The notes: generated from the letters alone by a model not told the origin. A stretch of DNA of 64,000 bases from Pedobacter sp. (GCA_050253415.1 JBFWJC010000001.1:1480679-1544678), one strand, 5' to 3'; positions 39,846 through 50,082 are shown, counted from the first letter of the stretch. Numbers and translations: made by a program.

Positions 39846-41095
39846 ACGGCTTTCTCTCGATAGCTGCCGGTAATGAATCCGGTTATGGCTTCAGCATTCG
39901 CTTCCATCAAATCTTCCGGAACGCGCTGTCCATTGGTGAGAAAAGACAATGGGAGTTGTTGCGTCAGTGAAATATTAAGCAAGGTGCCGCATTGTTCACA
40001 TTCATCCAGTTTGGTGAAAACCAGACTGTGCAGAGGGATGCGGCCGAAGCGCTGCACCACTTCGGTTAACTCACGATCGCGGGTGGTGGCGGACAGTACC
40101 AGGTGATTTTCCGTATTTGCCTGTCCCAGGAAGGCGGCAAGTTCGGCAATACTCATATCGTCACGGGGGCTGCGGCCGGCGGTATCGATGAGGATCAGTT
40201 CCTTGTCACGATGCCGTGCAATGGCCTGTTGCAGTTGTTCTGGCGTCGTCACGACTTCCACCGGAAGGTTCATGATTTCCCCGTAAACCTTGAGTTGTTC
40301 CACGGCGGCGATGCGATACGTATCGATGGTAATCAGGGCAATGCGCGTGGTCCCTTTCAGCAGTTGACTGGCCGCCATTTTGGCGATGGTCGTAGTTTTC
40401 CCTACCCCTGTCGGTCCTACAAGGGCGATACGTTTTTGCTGGTTGCCAATCGATTTGAAAGGGCATGTGACATTCACCAGCCTGCCAATGGCAGCGTTGA
40501 GAAATTCACGGATACCTTGCGGGTCGCCGAGTTGTCTGGGGGATAGCTTTTCCCAGGCGTACTGTTCAAGGCTCGCGGCGGCTTCCCCGGAAATACCGAG
40601 ACGATCAAGCTCGTTTTGCAGCAGGCTCATCTCCTGGACTTCAGCACCTTGCTGCAGTTTCCTCGATGGTGCGGCGACAATATGTCTCGGAGCCGGGGTT
40701 TCAGCCGGTTTGGCCAGTTGCTGCACCAGAGCCTTAAGCTCGTCAATTTCGTTACGTACATCCTTGAGACTGTCGTCCGGCGGCTTTATCCCTTGAATGT
40801 GCTGGTTATAGCTGGATACGGCGGTTTCGCGCGGTTGTTGCCAGAGATCCTGATAGTTCAGGTCGTCCTGTTCTGCCGTAAAAGAATGGCTGGGGGCAGG
40901 GGATGTCTGTCCGAATTCTTCTGAATCAGACGAATCGATGGCAGCAGTCACCTCGCAGATCGGTTTGCGGAATACACCCAGCCCGCTTTTACGCACGGTG
41001 CGGGTTGACAGGATCAATGCGTCAGGGCCCAGCGCCTCCTTGACCTTTTTTAAGGCCTGGGGCATGGTTTCGGCTTCAAAGATTCTAACCAGCAT
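39842..41095 (-). CDS. flhF: SRP-type GTPase FlhF
   Basis: GPTGVGKTTTIAK, DTYRIAAVEQL, DTAGRS, TKLDE, GQRVPEDL. Confidence 0.96.
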   Translation of the reverse strand: MLVRIFEAETMPQALKKVKEALGPDALILSTRTVRKSGLGVFRKPICEVTAAIDSSDSEEFGQTSPAPSHSFTAEQDDLNYQDLWQQPRETAVSSYNQHIQGIKPPDDSLKDVRNEIDELKALVQQLAKPAETPAPRHIVAAPSRKLQQGAEVQEMSLLQNELDRLGISGEAAASLEQYAWEKLSPRQLGDPQGIREFLNAAIGRLVNVTCPFKSIGNQQKRIALVGPTGVGKTTTIAKMAASQLLKGTTRIALITIDTYRIAAVEQLKVYGEIMNLPVEVVTTPEQLQQAIARHRDKELILIDTAGRSPRDDMSIAELAAFLGQANTENHLVLSATTRDRELTEVVQRFGRIPLHSLVFTKLDECEQCGTLLNISLTQQLPLSFLTNGQRVPEDLMEANAEAITGFITGSYREKAV

Positions 41096-43169
41096 GGATA
41101 CTCACCATTCCTACCGATTGCACCCTCAGATGTGGGGCGATTTCATTATGTGACAGACACACCAGCGTGGGCAGATAGCGTTCGGTCAAGCGCTTGACAT
41201 GCGGTCGAATCGTTGGCGGGCAGAGGAGCACCGGGGTAATGCCGCCGTTGAGGGACTGCATGGCATCGGCCAGACTTTCCAGCAATGCCTGGGCCGTCCC
41301 CGGGTCAAGTGCCAGATAGCTGCCTTCGCTGGTGCGGTGCACCGACTGCTCGATGGTTTCCTCAAGCTGTCGTTCCAGGGTCATCATTTCAAGAAGTTCG
41401 TTGTTTTGAGCATGTTGGCCGCTAATGGCGCGGGCCATGGCCTGGCGCACCTGCTCGGTGAGCAGGTCGGGATCCTTGGAGGCGCCACCCCAATCGGCCA
41501 AGGTCTCCAGAATTGTGCGCAGGTCCCGGATGGAAACCTGTTCGCGTAGAAGATTCTGAAGAACTTTCATGATACATCCCAGCGGTAAAAGATGTGGCGT
41601 CAGCTCCTCGACCAGTTTCGGGAAGCTCTTGCCAAGGTTATCTAGCAAGTTCTGTACCTCTTGGCGGCCAATAAGCTCATGGGCATGTCTTTTTATAATT
41701 TCGGTGATGTGGGTGGTGATCACCGTGGTGCCATCAACCACCGTATATCCGGAGATCTGAGCCCTTTCCTTAAGATCTTCGCCGATCCATGTGGCGGGCA
41801 GGCCAAAGGCCGGTTCGGTGGTCGCCACCCCTTTCAGGGGTTCGGTCGCGATACCGGGATTCATAGCCAGATGATGGTTGGGCAGGATCTCGCCGGTGGC
41901 GATGCGCATCCCTTTGAGCAGCACTGCGTATTCGTTCGGTTTGAGCTGCAGGTTGTCCTTGATGTGAATCGGAGGGATAATAAACCCGAAATCCAGGGCG
42001 AACTGCTTGCGGATTGAACGGATACGCGGCAATAACTCGCCGTTCTGGTTGGCGTCCACCATCGGAATCAAACCGTATCCGACCTCCAGTTCAAGCAGAT
42101 CCACGGACAGCATATCTTCGTAGTTCTCTTCTTTTTCAGCCGGCGGTCGAAGTTCTTCCTGGGTGCGTGCCACGGCTTTATCTGCCTGTTCCTTTTGTAC
42201 TTTATAGGCCGTAAAAGCCAGACCTGCGGAGATCACCAGGAACGGTACCGTCGGCATGCCCGGTATCACAGCAAAAGCCAGCAGAATGCAGGACACCACC
42301 CAGAGCGCCTGGGGGTGAATGGTGAACTGGGATTTCAACGAGGCGCCGAAATCCTGTTCGCCAGCCGTGCGGGTGACCAGAATACCGGCGGCTGTGGAGA
42401 TGATCAGCGCCGGAATCTGCCCCACCAGACCGTCGCCGACGGTAAGAATCGTGTAGGTTTCGGCAGCGGCGCCGGGGGACATGCCTTTTTGCACCACGCC
42501 GATGATGAATCCCGCGCCGACATTGATCAGGGTAATGATGATGCCGGCAATGGCATCCCCTTTGACAAACTTGCTGGCACCGTCCATGGCACCGTAAAAG
42601 GTCGCTTCGCTGGCGATTTCCTTACGTCGCAAACGCGCTTCCGCCTCGGTGAGTAATCCGGAATTAAGGTCGGCATCGATAGCCATCTGCTTGCCCGGCA
42701 TGGCGTCCAGGGTGAAGCGCGCCGCAACCTCGGCCACGCGCCCGGCACCCTTGGTGATGACCATGAAGTTGATGACCACCAGAATGACAAAGACCACGAC
42801 ACCGACCACATAGTTACCGCCGACCACGAATTGTCCAAAAGACTGGATGACCGAGCCCGCCGCTGCGGGTCCCTCGTTGCCGCGCAGCAGGATCAGGCGC
42901 GTCGAAGCCACATTCAGCGAGAGGCGAAACAGGGTGGTGGCGAGCAGTACCGATGGGAAAAGCGCGAATTCCAGGGCTTTCATGGTGTACAGGCAGATGA
43001 TCAGGATCAGCAGGGCAATGGTGATATTCAGTGACAAGAAAACGTCAAGCAGAAAGGACGGTAGTGGCAGAATCATGACCATTAAAATGGCCACCAGCCC
43101 GAACGCCACCATCACGTCACTACGGAAAATAAGAGATTTCCAGTCCTGTTGTCTGAATTGATCAAGCAT
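41085..43169 (-). CDS. flhA: Flagellar export apparatus protein FlhA
   Basis: TLFRLSLNVASTR, RVAEVAARFTLDAMPGKQMAIDADL, FYGAMDGASKFVKGD; ATG 43169 preferred. Confidence 0.97.
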   Translation of the reverse strand: MLDQFRQQDWKSLIFRSDVMVAFGLVAILMVMILPLPSFLLDVFLSLNITIALLILIICLYTMKALEFALFPSVLLATTLFRLSLNVASTRLILLRGNEGPAAAGSVIQSFGQFVVGGNYVVGVVVFVILVVINFMVITKGAGRVAEVAARFTLDAMPGKQMAIDADLNSGLLTEAEARLRRKEIASEATFYGAMDGASKFVKGDAIAGIIITLINVGAGFIIGVVQKGMSPGAAAETYTILTVGDGLVGQIPALIISTAAGILVTRTAGEQDFGASLKSQFTIHPQALWVVSCILLAFAVIPGMPTVPFLVISAGLAFTAYKVQKEQADKAVARTQEELRPPAEKEENYEDMLSVDLLELEVGYGLIPMVDANQNGELLPRIRSIRKQFALDFGFIIPPIHIKDNLQLKPNEYAVLLKGMRIATGEILPNHHLAMNPGIATEPLKGVATTEPAFGLPATWIGEDLKERAQISGYTVVDGTTVITTHITEIIKRHAHELIGRQEVQNLLDNLGKSFPKLVEELTPHLLPLGCIMKVLQNLLREQVSIRDLRTILETLADWGGASKDPDLLTEQVRQAMARAISGQHAQNNELLEMMTLERQLEETIEQSVHRTSEGSYLALDPGTAQALLESLADAMQSLNGGITPVLLCPPTIRPHVKRLTERYLPTLVCLSHNEIAPHLRVQSVGMVSIHAG

Positions 43170-43192
43170 GTATAGAATCGTCCTTTGTGAAT

Positions 43193-43230
43193 CGTCATTG
43201 GTCATTTAAACAAATGACAAATGACGGTTT
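43193..43230. repeat. Heptamer-period palindrome between flhB and flhA
   Basis: CGTCATTGGTCATTT-aaac-AAATGACAAATGACG-GTTT (14 of 15 bp complementary). Confidence 0.85.
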
Positions 43231-43252
43231 AACGCCTTTTTAGTCCGAATGT

Positions 43253-44308
43253 TTAACGTTTTTTGAGTCCATAAACGTAGGCGAGGATTTCCGCGACCGC
43301 CTGGAACATCTCCTCCGGCACTTCGCGACCGATCTCGACTTTGTACAATGCCCTTGCGATCGGTTTGTTTTCTACCAGCGGGACCTTGTTTTCCCGGGCG
43401 ATTTCACGGATGCGCATGGCGACGGCATCAGCGCCCTTGGCCACGACCTGCGGTGCGCCCATACGGCTGCGATCGTAAGCCAGGGCGATGGACAGATGGG
43501 TCGGATTGGTAATGATGACGTCGGCCTTGGGTACCTCTGACATCATGCGCCGCCGGGCGGCCTGCATCTGCATGGAACGGATGTGGGCCTTGATCTGGGG
43601 GTCCCCCTCGCTTTCTTTGTGTTCTTCTTTCTGTTCCTGTTTGGTCATCTTCATTTTCTCTTCCATCTCCCAACGAACGAAAAGAAAATCAAGCAGTCCC
43701 AGTAGGATCATGATTCCGCAGGTACGCAGCATGATGCGACCTGCAACTCTTGCCAGATAACTGACAGAGTCATTGATGTCCATATCGACAAGATTGAGGG
43801 CCTGTCCGAATTCCGACAGGATCACCTTGTAGGCAACCACTCCAACCAGCAGCACCTTGAGCAGGGATTTGACCACCTCGATGATCGAGCGTTTTGAAAT
43901 CAGACGGATCATCCCCGTAACCGGATTGATCTTAGTAAAATTCGGTTCCAACGGTTTGGTCGTAAAAATCCAGCCGACCTGCAGATAGCTCGATGCAAAA
44001 CCGATAATAAGGGTCATTAGCATGATCGGTGCCAGAAGCAGCCCGATTTGCTGTAGCAGTTGTCCAAAAAGTATGACGATCGACAGGGGAGTGACTTCGA
44101 ATTCGCCGGCAAGACTCCACATGTGATTCAGGATGCCGGACAGGGTACGCCAGAATAAGGGGGCGTAGAAGGTCCATAACAACAGTGTGCCGGTCATCAG
44201 CGCCGCTGTATGAACTTCCTTGCTTTGTGCCACCTCGCCTTTTTCCCGGAAATCCGAGCGCCGTTTGCCGGTGGCTTGTTCTGTGCGTTCCTGATCGGAG
44301 TCCGCCAT
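43253..44308 (-). CDS. flhB: Flagellar export protein FlhB
   Basis: ERTEQAT, SEGDPQIK, NPTH autocleavage motif. Confidence 0.97.
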   Translation of the reverse strand: MADSDQERTEQATGKRRSDFREKGEVAQSKEVHTAALMTGTLLLWTFYAPLFWRTLSGILNHMWSLAGEFEVTPLSIVILFGQLLQQIGLLLAPIMLMTLIIGFASSYLQVGWIFTTKPLEPNFTKINPVTGMIRLISKRSIIEVVKSLLKVLLVGVVAYKVILSEFGQALNLVDMDINDSVSYLARVAGRIMLRTCGIMILLGLLDFLFVRWEMEEKMKMTKQEQKEEHKESEGDPQIKAHIRSMQMQAARRRMMSEVPKADVIITNPTHLSIALAYDRSRMGAPQVVAKGADAVAMRIREIARENKVPLVENKPIARALYKVEIGREVPEEMFQAVAEILAYVYGLKKR

Positions 44309-44317
44309 GATGATTTC

Positions 44318-45094
44318 CTATAGCAGGGTCAATAATTCGTAAAAACGCTGTTGCAAGGCACCATATTCCCGTTGCAACATCACCGCCAGTAATTGCAGAG
44401 TCAATCCCATGGCAATAAAGGAGACCCCGATATTGATGGGGAACGAGAGCATAAAGGCGTTGAGTTGCTGGAAAATGCGCGACATGATGCCCAGTACCAG
44501 TCCTGACAGGAGCAGGACAATAAGTACCGGGGCACTGAATTTTACGGCCATTGTGAACATGTCGCCCGTCAAGCGGGACAGGTAGAGAACGGCACCGCCT
44601 CCCAGGTTGATATCTCCGGCAGGCAGCAGTCGGTAGGAGTCGGCGATGAGCCGCAGAAACATATGGTGGATGTCCAGTGCCAGAAAGATAAAAATGGCAA
44701 ACACATTTTGAAACTGCGAGATCAGGGAAATCTGATGCTGGCTTTGCGGGTCGAAAACATTGGCTGCGGCAAAACCCATCTGATAACCGATAATGGCGCC
44801 GCCGAACTCCACCGCGACAAACACCAGCCGGGCGATAAACCCGATCATCAGGCCGACCATGGTTTCCTTCGCCATAAGGATGCCCAGGGTGATGGGCGTC
44901 AGGGTGGCTTGTGGCAGGATAGGGGGGAGGACCGGGAATACCACCAATGCCAGGGTGACCGAGAGAGCAACGCGTATTCGAACCGGCACCTGTGCACTGC
45001 CAAAAACGGGTAGGGCGCTGAATAAGGAGGTCACACGCGCAGCGCAGACCAGAAACGCCTGAATCGTTTCGAGTGGCAGCAGTTCAATCTGCAT
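44318..45094 (-). CDS. fliR: Flagellar export protein FliR
   Basis: Hydrophobic; GYQMGF..ANVFDP; TGATG overlap with fliQ. Confidence 0.93.
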   Translation of the reverse strand: MQIELLPLETIQAFLVCAARVTSLFSALPVFGSAQVPVRIRVALSVTLALVVFPVLPPILPQATLTPITLGILMAKETMVGLMIGFIARLVFVAVEFGGAIIGYQMGFAAANVFDPQSQHQISLISQFQNVFAIFIFLALDIHHMFLRLIADSYRLLPAGDINLGGGAVLYLSRLTGDMFTMAVKFSAPVLIVLLLSGLVLGIMSRIFQQLNAFMLSFPINIGVSFIAMGLTLQLLAVMLQREYGALQQRFYELLTLL

Positions 45095-45363
45095 CAGCCG
45101 CCTACATTCGCGATATTGCCGATGATGTTTCGGGTGAAAGCGAGCAAGGTGCGGATCATCCAGGGTGCGCAAATCAGGAGGGTCACGAAAACCACCACGA
45201 TTTTGGGGATAAATGTCATTGTCTGTTCGTTAATCTGGGTCGCGGCCTGAAAGATACTTACCAGCAGACCGACGACAAGGCCGGAAAGCAGGAGCGGCGC
45301 TGCGAGCAGCAACACGGTTTCGATAGCCTGGCGACCAAGAGTAATGGCGAATTCGGGGGTCAT
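45094..45363 (-). CDS. fliQ: Flagellar export protein FliQ
   Basis: SIFQAATQINEQTMTFIPKI. Confidence 0.96.
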   Translation of the reverse strand: MTPEFAITLGRQAIETVLLLAAPLLLSGLVVGLLVSIFQAATQINEQTMTFIPKIVVVFVTLLICAPWMIRTLLAFTRNIIGNIANVGG

Positions 45364-45394
45364 GGAGCGGGTTTCCTTTTGGGCTGACCAGAAG

Positions 45395-46159
45395 TTAAAA
45401 AACGTGAAAGCTCTGAACCAGTGAGCCGACGATCAGGGTCCAGCCATCGACCAGCACGAACAGCAGGAGTTTAAACGGAAGCGAGATGATTATGGGGGGC
45501 AGCATCATCATGCCCATGGACATGAGAACCGATGCGACAATCATGTCGATGACCAAAAAAGGGATGTAGATCATAAAGCCGATCTCGAAGGCACGCTTGA
45601 GTTCGGACAGCATAAACGCCGGGATCAGCGTCAGGGTCGGCACATCGTCGATACCGGCGGGATCGGAGTGCCCTGAAATATCCATCAGAAGGGTCAGTTC
45701 GCTTTCCGTCGTCTGGGAAAACATGAACTTGCGCATCGGTTCCACAGCCAGGGTCAGAGCCTGTTTCTGGTCTATTTTCTGCGCGAGATAGGGTTGCACA
45801 GCCTGATCGTTGATTTGATTGAACACCGGCGACATGATGAAAAAGGTCAGAAACAGCGACAGCCCGATGATGATCTGGTTCGGGGGCATCTGCTGGGTGC
45901 CCATGGCCTGGCGCAGAAAAGACAGCACCACGGCCAGACGAACGAAGGCGGTGGTCATCAGCAGGATGGCCGGAGCCACCGACAAGACCGTCATGATCAG
46001 CAGAATCTGCATGAGGGTCGACGGTGGCGGTTGGTTGCCGGTTTGTCCGATACCGATGGTAATCGCCGGAAGAGGATCGGCGAGGACCGTTGTCGGCAGC
46101 AGGATCAGCAGGGCCAGTAAGGTCAGCAGAGCCAGTGTCAGGCCTGCGGCGGATTTCAT
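45395..46159 (-). CDS. fliP: Flagellar export protein FliP
   Basis: QQMPPNQI, PAFMLSELKRAF, MGMMMLPP, PFKLLLFVLVDGW. Confidence 0.97.
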   Translation of the reverse strand: MKSAAGLTLALLTLLALLILLPTTVLADPLPAITIGIGQTGNQPPPSTLMQILLIMTVLSVAPAILLMTTAFVRLAVVLSFLRQAMGTQQMPPNQIIIGLSLFLTFFIMSPVFNQINDQAVQPYLAQKIDQKQALTLAVEPMRKFMFSQTTESELTLLMDISGHSDPAGIDDVPTLTLIPAFMLSELKRAFEIGFMIYIPFLVIDMIVASVLMSMGMMMLPPIIISLPFKLLLFVLVDGWTLIVGSLVQSFHVF

Positions 46160-46548
46160 GGCGTATCCTTCATGCGCTTGCGCAGCGTTTGCTCAAAAGG
46201 TTCTTCTTTTTCAATATCGGCGGGCAGGGGCATATCGCACAGCAATTCGATCCGCTCGCCCGTCACTCCCAACAACAATTCCCGATCGCGTACCTTAACC
46301 AGGTAGAGAACTTTTTTCGGCCCCAGAGGTCGCGTTTCACGTATCTGGATGATGCCGCTGCGTGCGTTTGCCGGCCAACGTAACCAGCGCTGAGCCGCGG
46401 CGTATAGCAGCAGGATGACAGCCATGACTATGACCAGTCCGGCCCATAGCTGGAGTCCGCCCGTTACAGGTCCCGGCGTTTTCTCTGCCGCGTGCGCGAG
46501 GCCTGACATCAACAGCAGGGCGGGCGCTATGGGTATAACTCTTGTCAT
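46156..46548 (-). CDS. fliO: Flagellar protein FliO
   Basis: TM helix plus LGPKKVLYLVKV...LLLGVT; between fliN and fliP. Confidence 0.88.
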   Translation of the reverse strand: MTRVIPIAPALLLMSGLAHAAEKTPGPVTGGLQLWAGLVIVMAVILLLYAAAQRWLRWPANARSGIIQIRETRPLGPKKVLYLVKVRDRELLLGVTGERIELLCDMPLPADIEKEEPFEQTLRKRMKDTP

Positions 46549-46856
46549 CCAAGATTCTCCAGGCGCTCCGCCGGACTTACCACGTCGGTCAGGCGCAGGC
46601 CATAACGATCTTTGACCATGACCGCTTCGCCGCGAGCGATCAGCCGCGAGTTCACATACAGGTCCAGCGGTTCGCCGGCCAGTTTATCCAGCTCGATAAT
46701 GCTGCCTTCCTGTAATTGCAACAGATCTTTAATCGGCATGCGGGTGGATCCGATTTCGACGGAAACCTCCAGAGGGATATCGAGCAGAAATCCCAGTTCG
46801 CGAATTTCCTTTTGGGTGGGCTGGGGTTTAGCCTGCGCGTTTTCGTCAGTGGGCAT
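46545..46856 (-). CDS. fliN: Flagellar motor switch protein FliN
   Basis: LLDIPLEVSVEIG, IIELDKLAGEPLD, ARGEAV. Confidence 0.95.
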   Translation of the reverse strand: MPTDENAQAKPQPTQKEIRELGFLLDIPLEVSVEIGSTRMPIKDLLQLQEGSIIELDKLAGEPLDLYVNSRLIARGEAVMVKDRYGLRLTDVVSPAERLENLG

Positions 46857-46956
46857 GTTGTCCTCGCTATGGTTTTTAGCCGGGTTTCTGTTTGTAAAGA
46901 AGCTTTTCCGTATCAGAAACGGCTCCTTTCACTTCCGGCGTTCCGGGTGAAAGAGC

Positions 46957-47952
46957 CTAGATAAGGTTTCGTTGAATGCGGCCGGAGATACGAACGGCTT
47001 TTTTTCCCTGGTGGGTACCGGCCATGGCCTGGAATTTCGGTTGCCCGGCCGCTCTGATCTGCAGAGGGCTGGAAGGGGCACATCCCAGATCGAGAATATC
47101 CCCCACTTCAAAATTGAGGATATCCCTTACCGTCAGGTTGAGGGTTGCCAGTCGCGCGGAGAGCTCCACGTCCATCTGGTAGATCTCCTGCTCCAGTTGC
47201 GATTGCCAGGGGCGCTCTGTCGATTCCGAAAAGACCGCGGTACGTTCGCGCATTTTTTCTTTGAGAGGGTCGAGCATGGTCATGGGTAGTACCAGGATGA
47301 TCTCATCTTCAAGGTTTTCACTGGTAACGACGAAGCGTGCTGCCAGAACGGAGGCATCCCCCGGGACAATGTTGATCAGGCGTGGTGAACTCTCAATTTT
47401 CACCAGCGTGCTTTCAAGCTTTTCCAAAGGGGAAAAGGTTTTGTTCAAATCCTGACAGGCGTCTGTGACGACGTTGCGTAGAATATTGGTTTCGATAATG
47501 GTAAGGGGTCTGTCAGGCAAGGTCAGTTGTTTATCCGGAGCTCCGCCAAGCAGATGTTCCAGCAAATAGAAAGAGAGACGCTCCTTGAAAATAATCACGC
47601 CCCGCCAACGCAGGGGATCAAGACGAATGACTCCCAAAGCATCCCGTCCGGCAAGCTGCTGCAAAAAAGTGTCGTACTCATAGACTTCCATGATGCCCCT
47701 GCGTACACCGATACTGCGTTGCATACGATTGGTCAGGGAAATCCCAAGGTTGCGGGCCAGGGTATCCAGGATGAGATCGAAATTTTCAATTTTGCAATGG
47801 CGGGGGCCCTGCAGCGCCACCAGGTTGAGGCTCGATACAGTCCGCTTGGTGCTTGACGGCGGTTCCGGCTCTTCATCACGCAGAGGGATCTCCCCCTCAT
47901 GCACTGCGGAAAGCAGCTCGGCGATCTCTTCTTTTGAAAGGATACGTTCCAC
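46957..47952 (-). CDS. fliM: Flagellar motor switch protein FliM
   Basis: ILSKEEIAELL (CheY-binding-type N-terminus), LLGG, RPLTIIE, C-terminal SpoA domain. Confidence 0.92.
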   Translation of the reverse strand: MERILSKEEIAELLSAVHEGEIPLRDEEPEPPSSTKRTVSSLNLVALQGPRHCKIENFDLILDTLARNLGISLTNRMQRSIGVRRGIMEVYEYDTFLQQLAGRDALGVIRLDPLRWRGVIIFKERLSFYLLEHLLGGAPDKQLTLPDRPLTIIETNILRNVVTDACQDLNKTFSPLEKLESTLVKIESSPRLINIVPGDASVLAARFVVTSENLEDEIILVLPMTMLDPLKEKMRERTAVFSESTERPWQSQLEQEIYQMDVELSARLATLNLTVRDILNFEVGDILDLGCAPSSPLQIRAAGQPKFQAMAGTHQGKKAVRISGRIQRNLI

Positions 47953-47962
47953 GCTTCGGTCC

Positions 47963-48469
47963 TTATTGAACGACGAATTCGGTGAAATAAATCTTCTGAA
48001 CCTTTCCCTTGCGGAAAAAGCTGTTTATTTTCGCCATGAGCTCCGCCCGCAACTGCAGCTTGCCCTGCAGGTCGGACATTTCGCCAAAGGTCTTATTGCT
48101 GATCAGCAGCAGCACGGCGTCTCGAATTTGCGGCATGCGGTCTGAGGACTCCTGAATGGCGGCCTCGCTGTCAACTTCCAGAGTGATCGCTGCCTTCAGA
48201 TAGCGGGTTCCCTGACCGTCGAGAATGTTGACGATAAACGGTTCCACCTCCACCATCAAACCGCTGAGTACTTTGGTGCCGGTTGCGGGTGCAGCTTCCG
48301 CTCCCGCCTGGGTCTGCGGTTCCGCAGCCGGGGCGTTGGCCTTGCCCATCATGTAAGCCGCCACGCCGATGGCGCCCAGTAGCAGCACACCCAGGACGGC
48401 GAAAATGATTAGATTTAATTTGTTTTTTGAGGTGGCCTTACCCTCGGCTTGTGTTGCTTTTTCCGCCAT
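47963..48469 (-). CDS. fliL: Flagellar basal body-associated protein FliL
   Basis: TM helix; PFIVN, RYLK, PQIRDAV, IYFTEFVVQ. Confidence 0.95.
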   Translation of the reverse strand: MAEKATQAEGKATSKNKLNLIIFAVLGVLLLGAIGVAAYMMGKANAPAAEPQTQAGAEAAPATGTKVLSGLMVEVEPFIVNILDGQGTRYLKAAITLEVDSEAAIQESSDRMPQIRDAVLLLISNKTFGEMSDLQGKLQLRAELMAKINSFFRKGKVQKIYFTEFVVQ

Positions 48470-48487
48470 GATTCATTTCCTCACAGA

Positions 48488-49231
48488 CTAGAAGGGGAGT
48501 TGGTCGGCAGCGTCGATCAGATAAGGCAACTGCTCTTTGTATTCATTGAGATTTTCCAGTACGAATTCCACGCGACGGTTGATGGATTTTTGCTCAGGGC
48601 TCAGATTGGGCGCCACCGGCCGACGGTCGCCGTAACCGACAGCTGACATCCGGTCGAGGGGCACCAGGTTTTCACCGGCATAAAATTTCAGAACCGTCAC
48701 GGCGCGTTGTACGGAAATATCCCAGTTGGTGATCTTGGGGTCCGAAGGCTGTTCGTCATCCGTATGTCCCTCGATCCGCAGAAGCAGCGGCAGGGGTTTA
48801 ATCAAACCGGCAATTTCGCGCAGTATCGGTAATGCTTCCGGTTTGAGCTCGGTATTGCCGGCATCGAACAGGATGGCTTCCTTGACTCGGAGAATGACCG
48901 CCCCACGGTCTTGAACCAGATCGATTTCACGGTCGATGCGCAACCGCGAAAGCATGGACTGCACGCGATTATACAGGCGGGCTACGTAGTCATCATCCAT
49001 CGGCGCATAACTGATGACCTGGGGCTTGTTGACTTCGCTTACGCTGGAGCTTTGCAGGAAGCCGAAGGCTCCCTTGAGAGATCCGATGGCATCGAAGAAT
49101 TTGCGTTTGTCCATATTGGCCATGGATAGCAGCAACACAAAAAATGTCAGCAGCAATGTCACCATGTCGCTGTAGGTGACCATCCATGCCGGCGCGCCGG
49201 CAGGTCCTTTTTTTGGCTTTCTTGGAGGCAT
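48488..49231 (-). CDS. motB: Flagellar stator B subunit (MotB/PomB-like)
   Basis: WMVTYSDMVTLLLTFFVLL; OmpA-like IEGHTD, NWDISVQRA, NRRVE. Confidence 0.95.
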   Translation of the reverse strand: MPPRKPKKGPAGAPAWMVTYSDMVTLLLTFFVLLLSMANMDKRKFFDAIGSLKGAFGFLQSSSVSEVNKPQVISYAPMDDDYVARLYNRVQSMLSRLRIDREIDLVQDRGAVILRVKEAILFDAGNTELKPEALPILREIAGLIKPLPLLLRIEGHTDDEQPSDPKITNWDISVQRAVTVLKFYAGENLVPLDRMSAVGYGDRRPVAPNLSPEQKSINRRVEFVLENLNEYKEQLPYLIDAADQLPF

Positions 49232-49233
49232 AC

Positions 49234-50007
49234 TCAGCTCTTCTTGCCGAAGTGGGATTCGCGGTCCTTGGGCGCAACAAAGGCATGCAGACGGTGCTCA
49301 AGAACCCGGGGGTTTTCACCTTCGAGAATCGAGCGCATACCCTCGGCGATCAGGGTTTTGTCGAGGACCTCCTCTGCTGAACGGTTTTTCAACTTGCCGG
49401 ACATCGGCATGCAGAGAATATTGGCTATGACTGAACCGTAAAAGGTCGTTAACAGGGCCACCGCCATGGCCGGACCTATAGAAGACGGATCATTCATGGT
49501 CTGGAGCATCTGCACCAGGCCGATCAGGGTTCCGATCATGCCCATGGCGGGCGCGTAGGTGCCAAGTGCTATCATGAAATCCGAGCCGCGCTCATGGCGT
49601 TCCTGCAGGTATTCGATTTCCCGATCGAGCATCTCCTTGAGTTTTTCCGGTTCCTGGCCGTCAACCGCCATCTGCAGGCCCTTAAGGAAGAAAGGGTCGT
49701 CAACTTCCTTGGTGACAGCTTGCAAGGATAAAATTCCTTCTTTGCGCGCCTTGCCCGCGTAATTGATGATCTGGGCAATACGCTCCGTGGAGGAAAAATG
49801 GTGGGTGAAGAGGGTCTTCTTAATGATAGACAGGGTCCCGATCATATCCTTGAAGGTGTAATGTACCAAGGTTGTTCCGATGGTACCGCCGACAACGATC
49901 ATGGCCGAAGGGGGATCGATAAAGATAGTGAGGCCTCCACCGCTGGAAATGGCCAGAAGCATCAGGATGAAAGCTGCTACAACGCCTACAATGGTTGAAA
50001 AGTCCAT
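49234..50007 (-). CDS. motA: Flagellar stator A subunit (MotA/PomA-like)
   Basis: ARKEGILSL, APAMGMIGTLIGLVQML, MAVALLTTFYG, GENP. Confidence 0.95.
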   Translation of the reverse strand: MDFSTIVGVVAAFILMLLAISSGGGLTIFIDPPSAMIVVGGTIGTTLVHYTFKDMIGTLSIIKKTLFTHHFSSTERIAQIINYAGKARKEGILSLQAVTKEVDDPFFLKGLQMAVDGQEPEKLKEMLDREIEYLQERHERGSDFMIALGTYAPAMGMIGTLIGLVQMLQTMNDPSSIGPAMAVALLTTFYGSVIANILCMPMSGKLKNRSAEEVLDKTLIAEGMRSILEGENPRVLEHRLHAFVAPKDRESHFGKKS

Positions 50008-50082
50008 ACTACCCCTCGGTAAAATGAGCGTCCACGTCTAAACGTGGCCAGTGCGCCTCAATCTTTGTTCTTAAGCCCTTTT

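Noticed and set aside
43170..43205. Longest-ORF starts from the track (flhA 43205; likewise flgF 37794, rfbC 12688, pseC 24356, fliR 45172, 20725, 22412)
   Set aside because: The extensions run through repeats, promoters or upstream genes; downstream starts have an RBS or stop/start coupling and match family N-termini.
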